Shown here: positions 58,401 through 64,000 of the stretch, piece by piece
How the letters are laid out: each line of letters starts with the position of its first letter
How positions within the stretch are numbered: the first letter of the stretch is position 1
Assembly (NCBI RefSeq): GCF_011386835.1
Contig: NC_088803.1
Coordinates: forward strand, 12,152,001-12,216,000
Source of the DNA: Chrysemys picta bellii
Lineage: Eukaryota
Direction: 5' to 3'
DNA length: 64,000 nt
The notes under the pieces: model-generated
What the model was told of the DNA's origin: nothing
The model's database searches: none
What the model saw: only the letters and a program-made list of their open reading frames with translations
Position numbers and translations under genes: made by a program

Positions 58401-59615
58401 AAGCAGGGGTAACTAGTGGTGTTCCCCAAGGGTCAGTCCTAGGACCAATCCTATTCAACTTATTCATAAATGATCTGGAGAAAGGGGGAAACAGTGAGGT
58501 AGCAAAGTTTGCAGATGATACTAAACTGCTCAAAATAGTTAAGACCAAAGCAGACTGTGAAGGACTTCAAAAAGATCTCACAAAACTTAGTGATTGGGCA
58601 ACAAAATGGCAAATGAAATTTAACGTGTATAAATGTAAAGTAATGCACATTTGGAAAAATAACCCCAACTATACATACAATATGATGGGGTCTAATTTAG
58701 CTATAACTAATCAGGAAAAAGATCTTGGAGTCATCATGGATAGTTCTCTGAAGACGTCCACGCAGTGTGCAGCGGCAGTCAAAAAAGCAAACAGGATGTT
58801 AGGAATCATTAAAAAGGGGATAGAGAATAAGATGGTGAATATCTTATTGCCCGTATATAAATCCATGGTACGCCCACATCTTGTACAGATGTGGTCTACT
58901 CATCTCCAAAAAGATATTCTGGCATTAGAAAAGGTTCAGAGAAGGGCAACTAAAATGATTAGGGGCTAGGAATGGGTCCTAGATGAGGAGAGATTAAAGA
59001 GGCTAGGACTTTTCAGCTTGGAAAAGAGGAGACTAAGAGGGGGTTTGATAGAGGTATATAAAATCATGAGCAGTGTGGAGAAAGTGAATAAGGAAAAGTT
59101 ATTTACTTGTTCTCATAATATAAGAACTAGGGGCCACAAAATGAAATTAATGGGCAGCAGGCTTAAAACAAATAAAAGGAAGTTTTTCTTCACGCCGCGC
59201 ACATTCAACTTGTGGAATTCCTTGCCTGAGGAGGTTGTGAAGGCTAGGACTATAACAGGGTTTAAAAGAGAACTGGATAAATTCATGGAGGTTAAGTCCA
59301 TTAATGGCTATTAGCCAGGATGGGTAAGGAATGGTGTCCCTAGACTCTGTTTGTCAGAGGGTGGTAATGGACGGCAGGAGAGAGATCATTTGAGCATTAT
59401 CTATTAGGTTCACTCCCTCTGGGGCACCTGACATTGGCCACTGTTGGCAGAATCATAGAATCATAGATTATAAGGTCAGAAGGGACCATTATGATCATCT
59501 AGTCTGACATCCTGCACAATGCAGGCCACAGAATCTCACCCTGGTAGACAGGATACTGGGCTGGATGGCCCTTTGGTCTGACCCAGTACAGCCATTCTTA
59601 TGTTCTTATGTTCTT
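58401..59615 (+). mobile_element. CR1 RT and 3' tail, with a nested reverse CR1 3' end at 59452-59541
   Basis: Remnants are SGVPQGSVLGP, KFADDTKL and NLWNSLPEEVV, with a TTCTTATG tail. The nested piece is flanked by TGGCAGA/TGGTAGA. Confidence 0.93.
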
Positions 59616-59795
59616 AGCAACATTTTTTCATACTTTGCATATCTATACATATGAGTTATTATGGAAAAAATATTTTGGTCACTTAGTGCATGTATGGTAA
59701 AATCAATGTTTACCAACACAAATCTAACCCTTCTCAACACACTAGCTGAGTGTGGGACCCAATAAACTTATTCCTATTTCATTTGAACCTAAAAC

Positions 59796-60767
59796 TTAAT
59801 CTAGTAATTTTTTTTGCCTCCTCATAAAGACAACAAATTTCCTGACAGATTTCCTCAGGGAGATGTTTACTTCTTTGTTTCTGAAACTATATATGAGGGG
59901 ATTGACCAATGGAATTAGAACAGTGTAGAAGACAGAGAAAATTTTCTTTAAATCTATTGGAGCGTTGACGGGTGGCACCATATAGACAATTATCAGGGTG
60001 CCAAAGAAAGTGGTAACCACAATGAGGTGGGAGGAGCAAGTGGAAAATGCCTTTTGCTGCCCGGTGGTAGAAGGGATTCTCAGGATGGTGATGATGATAC
60101 AAACATAGGATGCCAGCGTTAATAGAAATGGGGGCAGGGCACATATGGTAGAGAATGAGAAATCAGCTAGGGTGAGTAAGTGGGTATCACTGCAGGAGAG
60201 TTTGATCAGTGGGGTGAAATCACAAAAGAAATGGTCAATTTCCTTAGGACCACAGAACACTAACTGGAAAATCAAATAGACAATGATGCTGTTGAGGGCA
60301 AAGCTGCTTATCCAGCACCCTGCGGCCATCTGGATACAAGCCCTGGTGTTCATTATAGCTGCATAGCGCAGTGGATTACATATGGCTAAATACCGATCAT
60401 AAGACATTACAGATAAGAGGAAACACTCAGTACCAGCCAGGCAACCAAAGAAGTAAAACTGCATGATGCAGCTGCTAACGGAAATGGTTCTGTCCTCAGC
60501 CCAGAGACTGGCCAGCATTCTGGGCATGATGGTGGAGCTGTAGCAGGTCTCCAAGCAGGACAAGTTTCCCAGGAAGAAGTACATGGGGGTGTGAAGGTGC
60601 CGATCAATCACAACTAGCACAACAATGGTGAGGTTCCCGGCCATGGTCACAATGTAGATCACTAGAAACAGCAGGAAGAGAGGAAACTGCAGATTCTGGA
60701 GATCCCCAAATTCCAGAAGGATAAATTCTGTGATGACTGTTTGATTTCGCCATTCTGTTTTTGCCAT
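59796..60767 (-). CDS. Olfactory receptor 5 (intact, 323 aa)
   Basis: It has NQT, LHTPMYFFLGNLS, MSYDRYLAICNPLRY, KAFSTCSSHL and PLIYSFRN. An acceptor-like TTTCTGATTAG lies 9 nt before the ATG. Confidence 0.95.
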   Translation of the reverse strand: MAKTEWRNQTVITEFILLEFGDLQNLQFPLFLLFLVIYIVTMAGNLTIVVLVVIDRHLHTPMYFFLGNLSCLETCYSSTIMPRMLASLWAEDRTISVSSCIMQFYFFGCLAGTECFLLSVMSYDRYLAICNPLRYAAIMNTRACIQMAAGCWISSFALNSIIVYLIFQLVFCGPKEIDHFFCDFTPLIKLSCSDTHLLTLADFSFSTICALPPFLLTLASYVCIIITILRIPSTTGQQKAFSTCSSHLIVVTTFFGTLIIVYMVPPVNAPIDLKKIFSVFYTVLIPLVNPLIYSFRNKEVNISLRKSVRKFVVFMRRQKKLLD

Positions 60768-61994
60768 GGGATGTGTCTAATCAGAAATTTAAACAAGGAA
60801 TCTAAGCATGTAATTACATCTATACACACAGGCACAAAACACCATTATTACAAGAATATAACTGAGTCTGCTAAGTCAAGGTAGGAAATGTTCAAAGTCC
60901 AACTAAGATGCAGCTCTCTGTTTGTATGCATCATGATACGGGGACTTTAATTCCTGATCACTCACCATTTTTCCAAGGGACTCTTTGTGAAATTTAGTTG
61001 TGGAGCTCTAGTAGGTGATAAGCATGTGTGAACTGCAATTTGTCAAAGGCTTATCACTTGGCCAAATTTGGGCGATTTTCATAAGGAAGACAAAAGGCAC
61101 CTTCCTGAATCAAAGACACACCCTGCCAAATTTCAAATCCTTGAGCCAGAGCCTGTGGGCACCAGAGCATCTCAATGAAAAGGTCACCAGAATTTTTTAA
61201 CATGGGCAAAGCAATGTGCCTTTCTCTACCCTAGTTACTGGAAATGCATAAATCATTTTGGCTGAAAATTAAAATAAATAAATAAATACAGCTTGAGGTT
61301 AGACACTTGGCATTTAAAGCTTAGCAAAGTTATAAGCAAATGAAAACATGGTCTTAATAATGGGAAGTATTAAGTCAGAGGTAGTGCTAGTGTCCTCACC
61401 TGTAGGGTCACATACATTTATGTACATTAAAGGTAACTCAGCAATAGATATCTCTGGATTAAGACTGGTTTGAAAAAGCTCACAACATAAAATAATTTCA
61501 TAATTATTAATATGCTCTTACTTATATGAGGAAATGACTGTCAGTCTATCTATCTATCTATCTATCTATCCTTTGAGAATCACAGCCTTCCTGTGCTGTA
61601 GCCATAGGCCTTAATATAGCCTTACATTAATTTACTTTGGTCCTGGTGCATCTCCATTGAAATCAATGGAGTTTAACTTCTGTAAATTTGGAGTAGCACA
61701 ATAGTTAATCACACCCACACTTCCTTCATGTCCCAGGTATCCTCATGGAGTTGATCACATCACTGTGCTGAGCTGTGCAATAGAAATGCAGTTTGGATTC
61801 TATGAGCACCCTCAGAGGAGAAGGGAAATCACCGATTGTCTTACAGGGCTGGGGCCCAAAGAACTCTCACCTGGTATAAGCTGAGGTAGGCACAAAGACT
61901 TCAGTGGAGCTATGGAGACTTATCAAAGCAGAAGAGGTAGCCCTTTCTTTAAACACAAAAGCAACAGTCCCTTTTGCTTTTCAGAAATCTTTAA

Positions 61995-61996
61995 TT

Positions 61997-62068
<72 letters not shown>

Positions 62069-62070
62069 TC
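61995..62070. repeat. (TTTC)n microsatellite, about 19 units
   Basis: Read directly from the sequence. Confidence 0.97.
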
Positions 62071-63319
62071 AATGTTCCTGTACAGAGAATTTCAAAAGTA
62101 GATTCCCCCCAGGTTACAATGAATATACAAGCAAGGATACTGCACCTTGCTCTCTAGCCTTTCCCACAAACATTGATTCAAGTTATGTTTTTTGTGATTA
62201 GCATCAGGATAGCCCCATTCTTCACAATTAATCCTTTCTGCTTTTCCACTTATTCTGTAGCCCCATCTGTGGTGCTTCCCATTCCTTCAAAGTTCTGCAG
62301 TGCAATTTTCTTTGTTCCCCTTGCTTTTATCCATAATGGCTGTGCACTGAAACCACTTTCCCCTGGCTATTGGAATTGATCTGCAAAGGGATTTATTAAA
62401 TGCAGCATTTGTCAGAGCTGTCTTTTAAAAGAAGATATTTAGCCCACTTGCTTTACTCAAAGGGAATATTTGTCTTTACCTCGTGCATCCAGTGTGTCCT
62501 CTGGTGGCTAGTAAGAGGTAATAGATCACAATTATTCCTTTGAGGTCATGGATTAGTCCAGGAAAGGAGAGACAAATTAGGTGGCCCATGCTAGGAGATT
62601 CCCTACGCATCTACCAGAGGGGAAGAGAAGAGATGGGGCAGGGAAGAAAGTGGGTTCAGCCTGCTTATGGAGCTACAGCAATAACTGCAGTTGTGTATCA
62701 ATACCCCATGCTCTATCACTGAATTGTTTTCTTCCTAACCAGGAGTCAGATTCTATTCTATTCACGTTCTTAAAACGATGCCCATCCCTGATTTATGTGA
62801 GCATGGGACCTTGACAATTTGTCCCTTATGGACTAAACTCCTTCCTTGGATTTAGCCAGAGGAGGCTGGTGGCACATGGCACTGAAGCTGCCAGCACTGT
62901 CAGGTCAAGGTGTGTTCTGAGCCATTTTACCAGTGTGGACAGACCCACAATGAATCTTCCCACCCTGCCTCTCCATCCTTCAAGGAACAAACACCAGTGG
63001 ATTTTTGCAGAGCTGGAAAATCATGTATCGGATTGAGCCACAGAGAAAATGTATTCCTCAGACATTCAATCTCCCACTTGCTCCGAACTGAAGTCGAGAG
63101 ATCACTTCCCATGGAAGTGCAAGCCATTGAAAATAAAATTAAGAAATCACTTTAAAGGGAGAGAGGAGGAAGTTTTCGAGAAAGAAAGAAAAAGGAAGAA
63201 AGAAAATAAAAAGTTTATGTGAATGATTCATCTCAATCTCACTCTTTTGCCTTCACAAATAATGACTTTAAAAAAAGTCTTCTTATATGTTTTCCAGAAG
63301 CTTGGACTGGACAACAGGG

Positions 63320-63455
63320 GATGAATCGCTTGATAATTACCTGTTCTGTTCATTCTGTCTGGAGCACCTGGCATTGGCCACTGTCAGAAGACAGAATACT
63401 GGGCTAGATGGACCTTTGCTCTGACCCAGTATGTCCATTGTTATGTTTTTATGTA
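63320..63455 (+). mobile_element. CR1 3' end
   Basis: It contains CACCTGGCATTGGCCACTGTCAGAAGACAG...CTAGATGGACC. Confidence 0.8.
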
Positions 63456-64000
63456 AGACTTGAACACAGACCTGTTGCCTTTACTTAGAATCAAAGAAAA
63501 CTTTGTGCATTACATAGCTGTGTGATTGTAATCCCATTGGGAATTATGACCCAATGTAAAATAATCAGAGGAGCTCATTCTCCTCTCACACTTACCCTGG
63601 TGTAAATCAAGAGTAACTGCATTGGAAAAATTGGAGCTGACTGTTTTCTCACTTGCCCATATCATGTTCTCTACACCCATTATAACAGTGTTTCTCAAAG
63701 GAGGGTAAATATTTTTATTAGGCCAGGCCAAAAATGGATTTTTCATGCTGTCAGCAAACTTGAAATTTTGAAATTTGGTTTCATCCCGAAAAGCCAAAAT
63801 GTCAGATTCTTATGAGATATTAAATATTCCAACATATTTTTTTTATTATTCACAGAAAAAAAGAAGACCAAGGGACTCAGAGAGAAAGTAACTTAATCCA
63901 ATACCACACAGAGTATAGCATAGAGCCCCATATATCTTGGTTCATTTCTGAACAGCCCTGTCTGCTGGATTATACCCTTTCCTCTGGAAAACACACACCC

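Overview
Vertebrate genomic DNA, almost certainly turtle, judged from the repeat families (tRNA-derived polIII/SINE, CR1, Neptune-type Penelope, Harbinger and hAT MITEs); the species cannot be determined. The window is an olfactory receptor (OR) cluster with five intact single-coding-exon class II-type ORs: four on minus (about 9.5-10.5, 19.9-20.9, 42.5-43.5 and 59.8-60.8 kb) and one on plus (38.1-39.1 kb). Four of the five have a recognisably paralogous upstream module 3-8 kb away, made of O/E(Ebf)-like and homeodomain motifs, a TATA-like box and a short non-coding exon ending in a shared splice donor. Most of the remaining sequence is transposon-derived. It includes a decayed autonomous Harbinger fragmented by nested insertions (0.2-8.6 kb), a 3.9-kb internally deleted Gmr1-like Gypsy element with a SCAN-related gag (48.2-52.1 kb), several solo LTRs, many CR1 pieces, hAT and Tigger-like MITEs, and Penelope fragments carrying hammerhead-ribozyme-like motifs, one of them a perfect 92-bp palindrome. 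Nearly all other ORFs in the track are spurious translations of repeats. I found no convincing wholly new biological system. The best leads are the shared OR promoter/exon module with its head-to-head pair, the Penelope hammerhead palindrome, the Gmr1 deletion derivative and a duplicated OR tail. All alignments were done by eye and no searches were run.
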